DNA from: Clostridia bacterium DTU080
GTDB lineage: Bacteria; Bacillota; Limnochordia; DTU080
Assembly: GCA_001513395.1 (NCBI GenBank)
Contig: LFTP01000089.1
Location: forward strand, 1-24,000
Length of the DNA stretch: 24,000 bases
Direction of reading: 5' to 3'
The notes under the pieces were generated by a model. That model did no database searches and had not been told where the DNA came from. It saw nothing but the letters and a program-made list of their open reading frames with translations. Made by a program: the position numbers and the translations under genes. The first letter of the stretch is position 1; each line of letters begins with the position of its first letter. Shown piece by piece: positions 8,071 through 16,282 of the stretch.

Positions 8071-8100
8071 GGAGTTAGCTCATGCGTCCAGAAATATACT
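8071..8100 (+). promoter_or_regulatory. Possible sigma-H-like (or weak sigma-A) promoter for hpf
   Basis: AGGAGTT (8072-8078), 11-12 nt, then GAAAT (about 8091-8095) resembles the B. subtilis SigH pattern AGGAwww-N11-12-GAAT with one core mismatch. TATACT lies at 8095-8100, but no -35 sits at a proper spacing. Confidence 0.25.
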
Positions 8101-8147
8101 AATGCCGCCGTGCATAACGCGAGTGTAAAGTGAAGGGGATGACGGCC

Positions 8148-8705
8148 ATGGCAGAAACCGGAAATGCGCGCATCAAAGTCACCGGTAAGAACCTTGAGGT
8201 CACACCGGCACTGCGTGAGTATTCTGAGAAGAAGGTGCGCAAACTCTTCAAATTCTTCCGCGGCGGTGAGGTGAGAGCTGAAGTGCTGCTGAGTGTACAG
8301 CGTGACATGCACATAGCCGAACTCACCGTATATCTGAACGGGATCCTGTTGCGTTCAGAAAGCCGCACATCAGACATGTACGCCAGTATTGACGAAGCTG
8401 TAGACCGAGTGGAGCAGCAGTTGCGCAAACATAAGACGCGCATCCAACGGCGTTTGCAGGAGAGTGTACGCAAGGATGCCGTACCGGTCATTCAGATGGC
8501 GGAAGCCGAGGAAGCTGAGGAGTTCACGCCGGCAGTGGTGCGAACCAAGCGCTTTGCCATGAAGCCAATGAGCGTTGAAGAAGCGATTATGCAAATGGAG
8601 CTGCTCGGGCATGACTTTTTCGTCTTTGTCCACAGCGACAGTGAGACCATCAACGTAGTCTATCGGCGGCGTGACGGCAACTACGGGTTGATCGAGCCTG
8701 AATAA
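8148..8705 (+). CDS. hpf: Ribosome hibernation promoting factor, long form (HPF/YvyD/RaiA family)
   Basis: N-terminal S30AE domain (IKVTGKNLEVTPALREYSEKKVRKL...LNGILLRSE...DMYASIDEAVDRVEQQLRKHK) and C-terminal dimerisation domain (KRFAMKPMSVEEAIMQMELLGHDFFVFVHSDSETINVVYRRRDGNYGLIEP). ATG 8148 fits the SD AAGGGG (8133-8138) best; ATG 8139 and GTG 8130 are alternatives. Confidence 0.92.
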   Translation: MAETGNARIKVTGKNLEVTPALREYSEKKVRKLFKFFRGGEVRAEVLLSVQRDMHIAELTVYLNGILLRSESRTSDMYASIDEAVDRVEQQLRKHKTRIQRRLQESVRKDAVPVIQMAEAEEAEEFTPAVVRTKRFAMKPMSVEEAIMQMELLGHDFFVFVHSDSETINVVYRRRDGNYGLIEPE

Positions 8706-8720
8706 TCTAGCTCTGATTAG

Positions 8721-8758
8721 ATCCGGCCCTGCAGAGATTGCAGGGCCGGATCTATTTT
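8721..8758 (+). terminator. Intrinsic terminator after hpf
   Basis: A perfect 13-bp stem, atccggccctgca (8721-8733) / tgcagggccggat (8739-8751), with a 5-nt loop, followed by ctatttt. It lies between the convergent hpf and the minus-strand gene. The minus-strand side has no U tract. Confidence 0.75.
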
Positions 8759-8786
8759 GGTGGGAGGTAAGCTTTACTCGTGGGGA

Positions 8787-9293
8787 TTATGGCTTGCTTT
8801 GCGGCGGGAGGTCATCGACATCGTCAGTCAGATAAAACGCGTCAAAACGAGCCCTTATCTCGCCGTGGGAAGCCTTTATGGTGTGCTCGCCCTTTTTCAG
8901 ATCATAGGAGTCAATCTTCACCCATTCATAGACACCTGTCACAGAAGGCCATTTTCTGTTCCAAGCAGCGTTATCGACAGTGACATAGACGGCGTCGGAG
9001 TTGCCGTCGGGACCATAAAGCCGGGCCCACAGATGATAGGTCTTGTCGGCGGGGACAGACACTTTGATTTCCGCCAAGGCGATCGGCGAGCGAGTATCTT
9101 GTCCGACCGGTACGTGGATATACTTGCCGCCAAAAGCCTTCTCATCCGTGCCGATCACCATTTCAGGAGCCAGCGTCATGTCTTCGGCTTCAATAAGCAA
9201 ACTGAAACCGGAAGCAAAAACGACGCTTTGGAGGACAGCCACCGTCAACAGGGTAATAAAGGGTATTAGTACTCGTCGCAGCTTCTTAGTCAT
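8787..9293 (-). CDS. Secreted single-domain protein with a carbohydrate-binding-module / galactose-binding-like pattern (function unknown)
   Basis: Strong SD AAAGGAGGT lies 9 nt before the ATG at 9293. The signal peptide is MTKKLRRVLIPFITLLTVAVLQSVVFA. The mature domain has the pattern IEAED...GGKYI...YHLWARL...D..YVTVD...W.WVK...L.KGEHTI. The opposite-strand ORF 8757-9269 lacks all of these. Confidence 0.65.
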   Translation of the reverse strand: MTKKLRRVLIPFITLLTVAVLQSVVFASGFSLLIEAEDMTLAPEMVIGTDEKAFGGKYIHVPVGQDTRSPIALAEIKVSVPADKTYHLWARLYGPDGNSDAVYVTVDNAAWNRKWPSVTGVYEWVKIDSYDLKKGEHTIKASHGEIRARFDAFYLTDDVDDLPPQSKP

Positions 9294-9452
9294 TCCAAAA
9301 GGACCTCCTTTGATACGATGGTATGAACGCTCGTAACATATAGCGATACAGAGTACATATACGACGCAGTAATGCCCATGCCTTCTTTAATGTTTCTAAA
9401 TAATTGATGATACTTGGCGCAGTCAGTGACCATCATCTGGTCAGGGCGTTCC

Positions 9453-9482
9453 TTGTTCGGGGAGGCGGGCCCGTGCTATACT
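9453..9482 (+). promoter_or_regulatory. Possible extended -10 promoter for secA
   Basis: TTGTTC (9453-9458), an 18-nt spacer, then TGcTATACT (9474-9482). It lies about 140 nt upstream of the secA ATG. This is a sequence match only. Confidence 0.3.
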
Positions 9483-9622
9483 ATTGACGACAAATAGCCG
9501 CCATGCGTACAGATGTTCGATCCGAGGAGCACGCTGGGCACGCAAGTGTCTCAGTCGTTTGTCTATTATATAAGCAACAGGCTGGCGATCGCCGTCGGCG
9601 GCGATCCGCAAAGGGGTAGTAT

Positions 9623-12319
9623 ATGCTCGGACTGATTCGAAAGATCTTCGATACAAATGCCAAAGAGGTGCGCAGACTGCAGGAGCGGGCTCAGGCCATC
9701 AATGCTTTGGAACCTGAGATCAAGGCATTGTCCGATGATGATCTGCGGGCGAAAAAAGATGAGTTCCGCATGCGTTTGGATAACGGCGCCACCTTGGACG
9801 ATATCTTACCTGAAGCTTTCGCTGTAGTCAGAGAAGCGGCGTGGCGCACCATCGGACAGCGCCATTACGATGTTCAGCTCATGGGCGGTATAGTGCTCCA
9901 TGAGGGTCGCATTGCGGAGATGAAGACCGGTGAAGGTAAGACCCTCGTGGCCACCTTGCCCGTCTATCTCAATGCTCTTATCGGCCGCGGCGTCCATGTG
10001 GTGACGGTCAACGACTATTTGGCCCGCCGGGACGCGGAATGGATGGGCCGTATCTACCGCTTCTTGGGACTGTCGGTAGGTTGCATCGTGCCCGGCCTTG
10101 ATTTCGCCGAGAGGCAGCACGCATATAACTGCGATGTCACCTATGGCACAAACAACGAGTTCGGGTTTGACTATCTGCGTGACAATATGGTCATGCATCC
10201 CAGCCAAAGAGTGCAAAGGGCTCTCCACTACGCGATCATCGACGAAGTGGACAACATCTTGATCGATGAAGCCCGTACGCCGCTGATTATCTCAGGACAG
10301 GCGGAGGAGTCCACCGAGCACTATTACCGTTTTGCACAGCTCGTGCCTCGTCTGAAGCGTGATGTCGACTATACGGTCGACGAAAAGGCGCGTCAGGTTG
10401 CCATCACCGAGGAAGGTGTGGAGAAGCTCGAGCAATGGCTGGGCGTGAACATGTTTGATGAAGCGCACTTCGAGCTCACCCACTATATGCAACAGGCGTT
10501 GCGGGCCCACGCTCTTTATCAGAAAGATAGAGACTATGTCGTTAAAGACGGCAAAGTGATCATCGTTGATGAATTCACCGGTCGTCTGATGATAGGCCGT
10601 CGCTACAGTGACGGGCTCCACCAAGCCATTGAGGCCAAGGAAGGAGTGCGTATCGAGCGAGAGTCACAGACACTGGCCTCGATCACCTTCCAGAACTACT
10701 TCCGGATGTATGAAAAACTGGCCGGCATGACAGGTACCGCAGAGACGGAAGAAGCTGAGTTCCGTAAGATTTACGGGATGGATGTGGTGGTCATTCCCAC
10801 CAACATGCCGATGATCAGGGAGGATCACCCCGATCTAGTCTACAAGACCGAGAAGGCCAAATTTGAGGCCATCGTTGAGGAGATCGAGCGGTTACACGAA
10901 CAGGGTAGGCCGGTCTTGGTCGGGACCATATCCATTGAGAAGTCTGAGCGCTTGAGCGCCATGTTGTCACGCAGGGGCATCAAGCACCAGGTACTCAATG
11001 CCAAGTACCATGAAAAGGAGGCCGAAATCATCGCCCAGGCGGGAAGGCTCGGGGCGGTGACCATCGCCACGAATATGGCGGGCCGAGGTACAGACATTCT
11101 GTTGGGCGGCAACCCCGAGTTTTTGGCGAGGCAGCTTTTGCGGCAAAAGGGTATTCCACCGGAGGTTGAGATGCAGGCCGTTTCGGGCTTCGAGACGGAC
11201 GATCCGGAAGTGCTTGCTGCACGCGAGATGTATCAGGAGTTTCTCAAGCAGTGTAAGGAAGAGACCGATGGCGAAAAGGAGCAGGTGATCAAGCTGGGGG
11301 GCCTTCATGTCATCGGTTCTGAGCGCCATGAAAGCCGCCGGATAGACAACCAGCTTCGGGGCCGTGCGGGACGACAGGGCGATCCGGGTTCATCTCGCTT
11401 TTACGTCTCATTGGAAGATGACTTGATGCGCATGTTCGGCTCTGAGCGGGTCTCTGCCATCATGGAACGTCTGGGATGGGAAGATGATCAGCCCATCGAG
11501 CACGGGCAGATCACGCGGGCTATCGAAAACGCGCAGCGCAAGGTGGAAGCTTTCCACTTTGAGATCCGTGAACAGGTGTTGAAGTACGACGACGTGCTCA
11601 ACAAGCAGCGCGAAGTGATCTATGAGATGCGTCGCCACGTGCTGAACGGAGAAAACATGCGCGAGCGCATTCGCGAAATGCTGAAGCAAGCCGTTAGCGG
11701 GATAGTCGAGGATATATGCAGTGAGAAGCTCCATCCCGGAGAGTGGGATCGCCCCGCACTCGTAGATCGTCTCAAAGACCTCGTGGCCGCGGATACCGGT
11801 CTGACTGCGGACGATCTGCAGTCTTCCAACCGTGATGAGATCGAGCAAGTCTTGTTTGAGAAGGCTGAAGCGGCCTATGCGGCCCGGGAGGCGACCATCG
11901 GCGCCGAGCAATTCCGTGAACTCGAGCGTATGATCTTGTTGCATGTGGTCGACAGCAAATGGATGGATCATCTGCGCAACATGGAGGATCTGCGACAGGG
12001 AATAGGCTTGCGGGCCTATGCTCAACAAGATCCTTTGCTGGAATACCAACTGGAAAGCTTCGAGATGTTTCAGGAGATGATGCACTCGATCCGGGAGGAT
12101 ACGTTGCGCTATCTGTATCGCGTCCAGGTTAGAACCCGAGATGCTGAGGCCGAACAGGCTCAACGCCAGAGGGCGGCGCAACAAAGACTTCTCGCGGCGC
12201 GTAGCAATCGAGAGACTGTGGCAACGCCACAACCGAGACGAGCCGGAGTGAAGGTAGGACGCAACGATCCGTGCCCATGCGGTTCCGGGAAGAAATATAA
12301 GCGCTGTTGCGGAGCTTAG
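9623..12319 (+). CDS. secA: Preprotein translocase ATPase SecA
   Basis: AAGGGG SD lies 6 nt before ATG 9623. N-terminus [62 protein letters not shown], and the C-terminal zinc motif [14 protein letters not shown]. Confidence 0.97.
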   Translation: MLGLIRKIFDTNAKEVRRLQERAQAINALEPEIKALSDDDLRAKKDEFRMRLDNGATLDDILPEAFAVVREAAWRTIGQRHYDVQLMGGIVLHEGRIAEMKTGEGKTLVATLPVYLNALIGRGVHVVTVNDYLARRDAEWMGRIYRFLGLSVGCIVPGLDFAERQHAYNCDVTYGTNNEFGFDYLRDNMVMHPSQRVQRALHYAIIDEVDNILIDEARTPLIISGQAEESTEHYYRFAQLVPRLKRDVDYTVDEKARQVAITEEGVEKLEQWLGVNMFDEAHFELTHYMQQALRAHALYQKDRDYVVKDGKVIIVDEFTGRLMIGRRYSDGLHQAIEAKEGVRIERESQTLASITFQNYFRMYEKLAGMTGTAETEEAEFRKIYGMDVVVIPTNMPMIREDHPDLVYKTEKAKFEAIVEEIERLHEQGRPVLVGTISIEKSERLSAMLSRRGIKHQVLNAKYHEKEAEIIAQAGRLGAVTIATNMAGRGTDILLGGNPEFLARQLLRQKGIPPEVEMQAVSGFETDDPEVLAAREMYQEFLKQCKEETDGEKEQVIKLGGLHVIGSERHESRRIDNQLRGRAGRQGDPGSSRFYVSLEDDLMRMFGSERVSAIMERLGWEDDQPIEHGQITRAIENAQRKVEAFHFEIREQVLKYDDVLNKQREVIYEMRRHVLNGENMRERIREMLKQAVSGIVEDICSEKLHPGEWDRPALVDRLKDLVAADTGLTADDLQSSNRDEIEQVLFEKAEAAYAAREATIGAEQFRELERMILLHVVDSKWMDHLRNMEDLRQGIGLRAYAQQDPLLEYQLESFEMFQEMMHSIREDTLRYLYRVQVRTRDAEAEQAQRQRAAQQRLLAARSNRETVATPQPRRAGVKVGRNDPCPCGSGKKYKRCCGA

Positions 12320-12331
12320 AGATCAGAAGGG

Positions 12332-13472
12332 ATGGTACAAGCGGTGTATGATACGATTGAGTTAAAAGAGATTTTGCAGAGCCAGCGAGAGCGCTTGGCT
12401 GAAATGAGGGTGTATCTTTGACATCCCGGGCATGCAACAACGGCTGGAAAGACTCGAGGAGGCCATGGGATCTCCTGCTTTTTGGAATGATCAGCAGGAG
12501 GCCCAGAAGACAGTCCGTGAGGCCAGCTTATTGAAGCAACGCATTGAGAACTGGAACGCCGTCCGCGCGGAATTGGAGGATGTCGAGGTTCTTTTTGAAT
12601 TAGCGGAAGAAGAAGACGATTTCCAGGCCTGGCAAGAGGTCTCAGAAGCTCTCCACAAGTTGAAGGCCGGCGTTGATCGTCTGGAACTGGCGAGTCTGCT
12701 CAACGGGCAGTATGACAGTGCCAATGCTTTGCTTTCCATTCATCCCGGAGCGGGCGGGACGGAGTCGCAGGATTGGGCACAGATGCTCTTGCGCATGTAT
12801 ACGCGCTGGGCGGAAAAACAGGGATACGGGGTAGAGACGCTGGATTTTCTTCCCGGAGAAGAGGCCGGGATCAAAAGTGCGACCGTTCATATTAAAGGGC
12901 CGAATGCCTACGGGTATCTGCAGTCGGAAAAGGGGGTACATCGTCTGGTACGTATATCCCCATTTGACGCCTCCGGTCGTAGACATACTTCTTTCGCATC
13001 GGTGGATGTCATGCCTGAGATTGATGATCAGGGTGCAATCGAGATTGATCCTTCCGATCTTCGGATTGATACCTTCCGATCCAGCGGAGCCGGCGGCCAG
13101 CATGTCAACAAGACCGAGTCGGCGGTCAGAGTGACACACATTCCCACCGGGATCGTGGTCTCATGTCAGAGTGAGCGTTCTCAGCATGCCAATCGCGAAG
13201 CAGCCATGCGTGTTTTGCGTGCCAAACTGCTGGAGCGCAAGATGGAGGAACAGGAGGCCAAGTTGGCGGAGATCCGGGGTGAACAACGGGAGATCGCCTG
13301 GGGCAGCCAAATCCGGTCGTATGTGTTTTGTCCCTATACCATGGTGAAGGATCATCGAACGGAGATGGAGATCGGCAACGTTGAGGCGGTGATGGACGGG
13401 GAGATCGATCCCTTGATCGAAGCCTATCTGCACTGGAAGGCGCGGGCGCAGGGACAGGGCGCATTGTCGTGA
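12332..13472 (+). CDS. prfB: Peptide chain release factor 2, requiring a programmed +1 frameshift at 12419
   Basis: The frame-0 leader (ATG 12332, or GTG 12344) reads ...LAEMRVYL and then hits TGA at 12419-12421. The +1 frame continues DIPGMQQRLERLEEAMGSPAFWNDQQEAQ... to TGA 13470-13472. The SPF motif (RISPFDASGRRHTSF) and GGQ motif (SGAGGQHVNKTESAVR) are present. Confidence 0.95.
12406..12422 (+). promoter_or_regulatory. RF2 autoregulatory +1 frameshift site
   Basis: GAGGGTG TAT CTT TGA C: an internal SD-like element sits 3 nt upstream of the slippery CTT, followed by the poor-context stop TGA-C. This is the canonical prfB recoding layout. Confidence 0.9.
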
Positions 13473-13495
13473 GATCATTGTTGGGGGGCTGGTCG

Positions 13496-14242
13496 ATGCG
13501 CGCCGCAATCGGTTTGCTGGTAACATTGCTGGTGGCCTTTGCAGGCAGCCAAGCCTTGTTGCCCCGCGTGGTAGAGCAACGCTTGGCCATGGGCATCGAC
13601 GAGTCCATCGGCCCTGCCGAGCGCGTCAGCGTGCAAGTGACGTCCTTCCCCGCCCTCCGGCTTTTGATGGGACAGCTGCAGCGCCTGTCAGTGGATGTGC
13701 GTCAGGTGGAGCTCGACGGACTGCGAGTGGAGGCCTTCATCATCGACGCCCAGAATCTTGTTATCGATCCTCAAAAGCTTCGACGCGGGGAAGGTGTGGA
13801 AGTGAAGGCGGCCGATTCTCTGCGTGTGAGTGCTGTCATCGCCGAGGAGGATCTAAACGCCTTTTTTTGGGAGAAGGTTGATCCGTCGCGCAATTTTTCC
13901 ATTGTGCTGGAACCTGATGTTGCGCAGCTGCGGGGGAGCGTGAGCTTTTTGGGCCACAGCATCGGGATCACTGTAAACGGCCATTTTGAGGTGGTTCAGC
14001 CGACGCAGGTCAGCTTCATAGTGGACGAGGTAAAGGTGGAAAAGGTGAGCTTGCCGCGGCTGATCATGGACAGTCTGGCCAAGCGTTGGACGATCCATAT
14101 TGACTTGGCGACAGCGGTCGTCCCCTTAGAGATCAGTGACGTCCGAGTCGCCCAAGATCGCTTGTTTATCTACGGGCGACGTCCTCCCGATCTTCCTCTT
14201 GCGGGCGGGCGGCAGACAGATGCCGTGAGCATGAGGAGATGA
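13496..14242 (+). CDS. DUF2993 / LmeA-like membrane-anchored (lipid-binding) protein
   Basis: ATG 13496 follows GGGGGG (13483-13488). GTG 13469, overlapping the prfB stop as GTGA, is an alternative. There is an N-terminal TM segment (AAIGLLVTLLVAFAG). The body is repetitive and beta-rich, with the pattern V.V.SFPALRLL.G....L.VD...V...GL.V..F..DA, as I recall for DUF2993. Confidence 0.7.
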   Translation: MRAAIGLLVTLLVAFAGSQALLPRVVEQRLAMGIDESIGPAERVSVQVTSFPALRLLMGQLQRLSVDVRQVELDGLRVEAFIIDAQNLVIDPQKLRRGEGVEVKAADSLRVSAVIAEEDLNAFFWEKVDPSRNFSIVLEPDVAQLRGSVSFLGHSIGITVNGHFEVVQPTQVSFIVDEVKVEKVSLPRLIMDSLAKRWTIHIDLATAVVPLEISDVRVAQDRLFIYGRRPPDLPLAGGRQTDAVSMRR

Positions 14243-14248
14243 GCGGTC

Positions 14249-16282
14249 ATGACTGATTCTTTGAAACGCGTCTATGCAGTGATTCTCTTAGCCTCGGTTC
14301 TGTCTGCGGCCTGGATAGCCTATTGTCGACTTGCGGCTGAACAGGAGAACAACACGGTCGGGATCATCGTGGATTTCTATGCCATGAGGGACCTGAGCCT
14401 GCAGGCCAACAGGTCCATTTCCGAGACGTTGGAAGCACTGAAGGCCTCAGGGGTCTGGGGGATAGGGCTCGAGGAGTTGACGGTGAGTCGTGCCGCCAGC
14501 GAAGGTTTGCTGATGTTGTTTAACGGTCTGGAGGCCGGGCCCGCGTTGCAGGCCATGGGCTTGGGTGTGTTACCGATACGGGAATCCAGTGTCTATGTCG
14601 TGTGGTGGCCGGCGACGACACCGCAGTGGTTCGCGCACGCCCTGCGGATGCATGTTTGGCCATGGGCCCGGGAGGTTGCCTATGATCAGGGGTTGCTCGT
14701 CTGGGAGATTCCTGCAGGAGACTCCGGTCAAGGTCATGCCAACCGAGCGGTGGTGGCGGCTAATGTAGGCAATGTCGGGCTGGGATTATCCGAGACGGCA
14801 ATACGATACATTCGCCAAGCCGGGCTGCAGGTGGTGCCTCGTTTTCGGCATGCTTCGACGCTGAATGATCAACAGGTGCGATGGAGATTGCGCACCCTGG
14901 ATGCGGCCTTTTACGATGCAGTGCCGGTGGTTTTTGCGGGCCAGCGTATTCCCGGTGCGCCGGATCTGTTAGCCGAGTGGATCTCAGGTCTGCAAAGAAG
15001 AGGACTGCCCATGGGTGTCATTGAGTTTTCACCGCAACCCGGAGATCGGGAATTGGCGCAAGCCCTGGGTAATCGGGGGATCAGAGTACATTCGATAAAT
15101 CCCCAGGAGTTGCTCGGGATCGATCCGCAGGTGGCGGTTGAAAGGTGGCGAAGGGCAGTCCGAGAACGCAATGTGAGAATGCTTTACGTACGCCCGTTGC
15201 CGACGGAAAACCCCTATGTGCAACCTGCAGACAACGAGCGTATATCTCCTGAAGTGATGCTGTTCCAAAAAAACGTAGACTATGTGTGGCGGATTGCCGA
15301 GGCGGTTCGCCTTGACGGTTTCTATATCGGTCGACCTGCACCCTTCAGACCTTTGGTCTATCCGTGGGTGCTTTTGTGTTTCTCGGCGGCAGGTATAGCC
15401 CTTGGCGGATGGCTACTTTTGAGCCGAGCGGTCCACGTCGAGCAACGTCACGGTCCATGGTTGGCTTTGGCCGCGGCTGCGATTTTTGCCATCGGCTATC
15501 TTCTGGGGTACGGAGCGGTGTTGCAAAAGGTATTCGCCTGGATGGCGGCCGTGATCTTTCCCACTCTCGCCGTGGTCAGGGCTCAGAGTGTGGCCCGTAC
15601 CCGCTTCGGGCTACCGAAGGGCTACTGGTCGGCTGCCGCTGTCTCCATGTTCGGTGCCCTGCATGTCGTGGCTATGCTCGCAGATGTGCGCTATATGATC
15701 AAGACCGACCAGTTTGTCGGGGTGAAACTGGCCCATGCGGTGCCGCCGGCCCTGATTGTTCTGGGCATTCTATTAGGTCCCTTGCCTGTAGTGTTCAAGC
15801 GTGGAGGCACCGGTTGGCAAAGGATACAGAATCTGCTCGCCGCACAGGTCTCCGTCAAGGCGCTGATCGGCGCGGCGGCGATCGGATCTTTAGCTTTGGT
15901 GTATCTTCTGCGCACGGGCCACGAGTATTTGCCTGTTTTTGCGCTGGAGAACACCGTGCGACGGTCGCTCGAGGCGCTGTTTGTCGTGCGGCCGCGGACC
16001 AAAGAGATCTTCTTTGGTCATCCGCTGTTGGTGGCTGCCCTGCACCAGCAGAGCCTGGGTCGGCGTCGCGTAGGAGCGTGGTTGTCGGTGGGAGCGGTCA
16101 TCGGTCAGCTTTCCGTTTTGAACACCTTTTCCCATATCCATACCTCCTTGATCGTGAGCCTGTGGCGTACGCTGCTCGGTCTGCTGCTCGGCTATGTCTT
16201 GGGTTGGGTTGTCGCCAAACCCGTTGTGGCCTGGTTTGTGCCACGGATCGTTGGGAGAAAACGGGGAGAGGCCGGTGTCTGA
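14249..16282 (+). CDS. Large polytopic membrane protein, DUF5693-like (function unknown; csaB-associated)
   Basis: GAGGAG SD lies 10 nt before ATG 14249. The protein has one N-terminal TM, a domain of about 340 aa predicted to be extracytoplasmic, then about 9-10 hydrophobic helices (residues ~370-665). Its stop overlaps the csaB start. The family assignment is from memory of this architecture and its adjacency to csaB, and needs an HMM check. Confidence 0.65.
   Translation: MTDSLKRVYAVILLASVLSAAWIAYCRLAAEQENNTVGIIVDFYAMRDLSLQANRSISETLEALKASGVWGIGLEELTVSRAASEGLLMLFNGLEAGPALQAMGLGVLPIRESSVYVVWWPATTPQWFAHALRMHVWPWAREVAYDQGLLVWEIPAGDSGQGHANRAVVAANVGNVGLGLSETAIRYIRQAGLQVVPRFRHASTLNDQQVRWRLRTLDAAFYDAVPVVFAGQRIPGAPDLLAEWISGLQRRGLPMGVIEFSPQPGDRELAQALGNRGIRVHSINPQELLGIDPQVAVERWRRAVRERNVRMLYVRPLPTENPYVQPADNERISPEVMLFQKNVDYVWRIAEAVRLDGFYIGRPAPFRPLVYPWVLLCFSAAGIALGGWLLLSRAVHVEQRHGPWLALAAAAIFAIGYLLGYGAVLQKVFAWMAAVIFPTLAVVRAQSVARTRFGLPKGYWSAAAVSMFGALHVVAMLADVRYMIKTDQFVGVKLAHAVPPALIVLGILLGPLPVVFKRGGTGWQRIQNLLAAQVSVKALIGAAAIGSLALVYLLRTGHEYLPVFALENTVRRSLEALFVVRPRTKEIFFGHPLLVAALHQQSLGRRRVGAWLSVGAVIGQLSVLNTFSHIHTSLIVSLWRTLLGLLLGYVLGWVVAKPVVAWFVPRIVGRKRGEAGV

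Noticed and set aside
7560-8128. Two ORFs (75 aa and 121 aa) filling the csrA-hpf gap
   Set aside because: They have no SD, their starts are non-canonical or poorly placed, and their composition is Arg/Cys/Gly/Pro-rich. I treated the region as non-coding RNA or leader instead.
7493-8130. Idea that the gap after csrA encodes a CsrB/RsmZ-like GGA-rich sponge RNA
   Set aside because: I counted only about seven GGA triplets by eye in about 640 nt. That is not above chance for this GC content, and they are not positioned in repeated hairpin loops.
8757-9269. 170-aa plus-strand ORF opposite the secreted CBM-like gene
   Set aside because: The minus-strand frame has a consensus SD, a signal peptide and a domain-like pattern. 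The plus-strand ORF starts inside the hpf terminator tail, has no SD, and its sequence is not protein-like.
11408-12232. 274-aa minus-strand ORF antisense to secA
   Set aside because: The SecA frame is unambiguous across this span. The antisense translation is low-complexity (Leu/Arg/His-rich) with no recognisable domain or SD.
12642-13608. 165-aa and 160-aa minus-strand ORFs antisense to prfB and the DUF2993 start
   Set aside because: They are Pro/Arg/Ser-rich antisense artefacts. The plus strand carries the diagnostic SPF and GGQ motifs.
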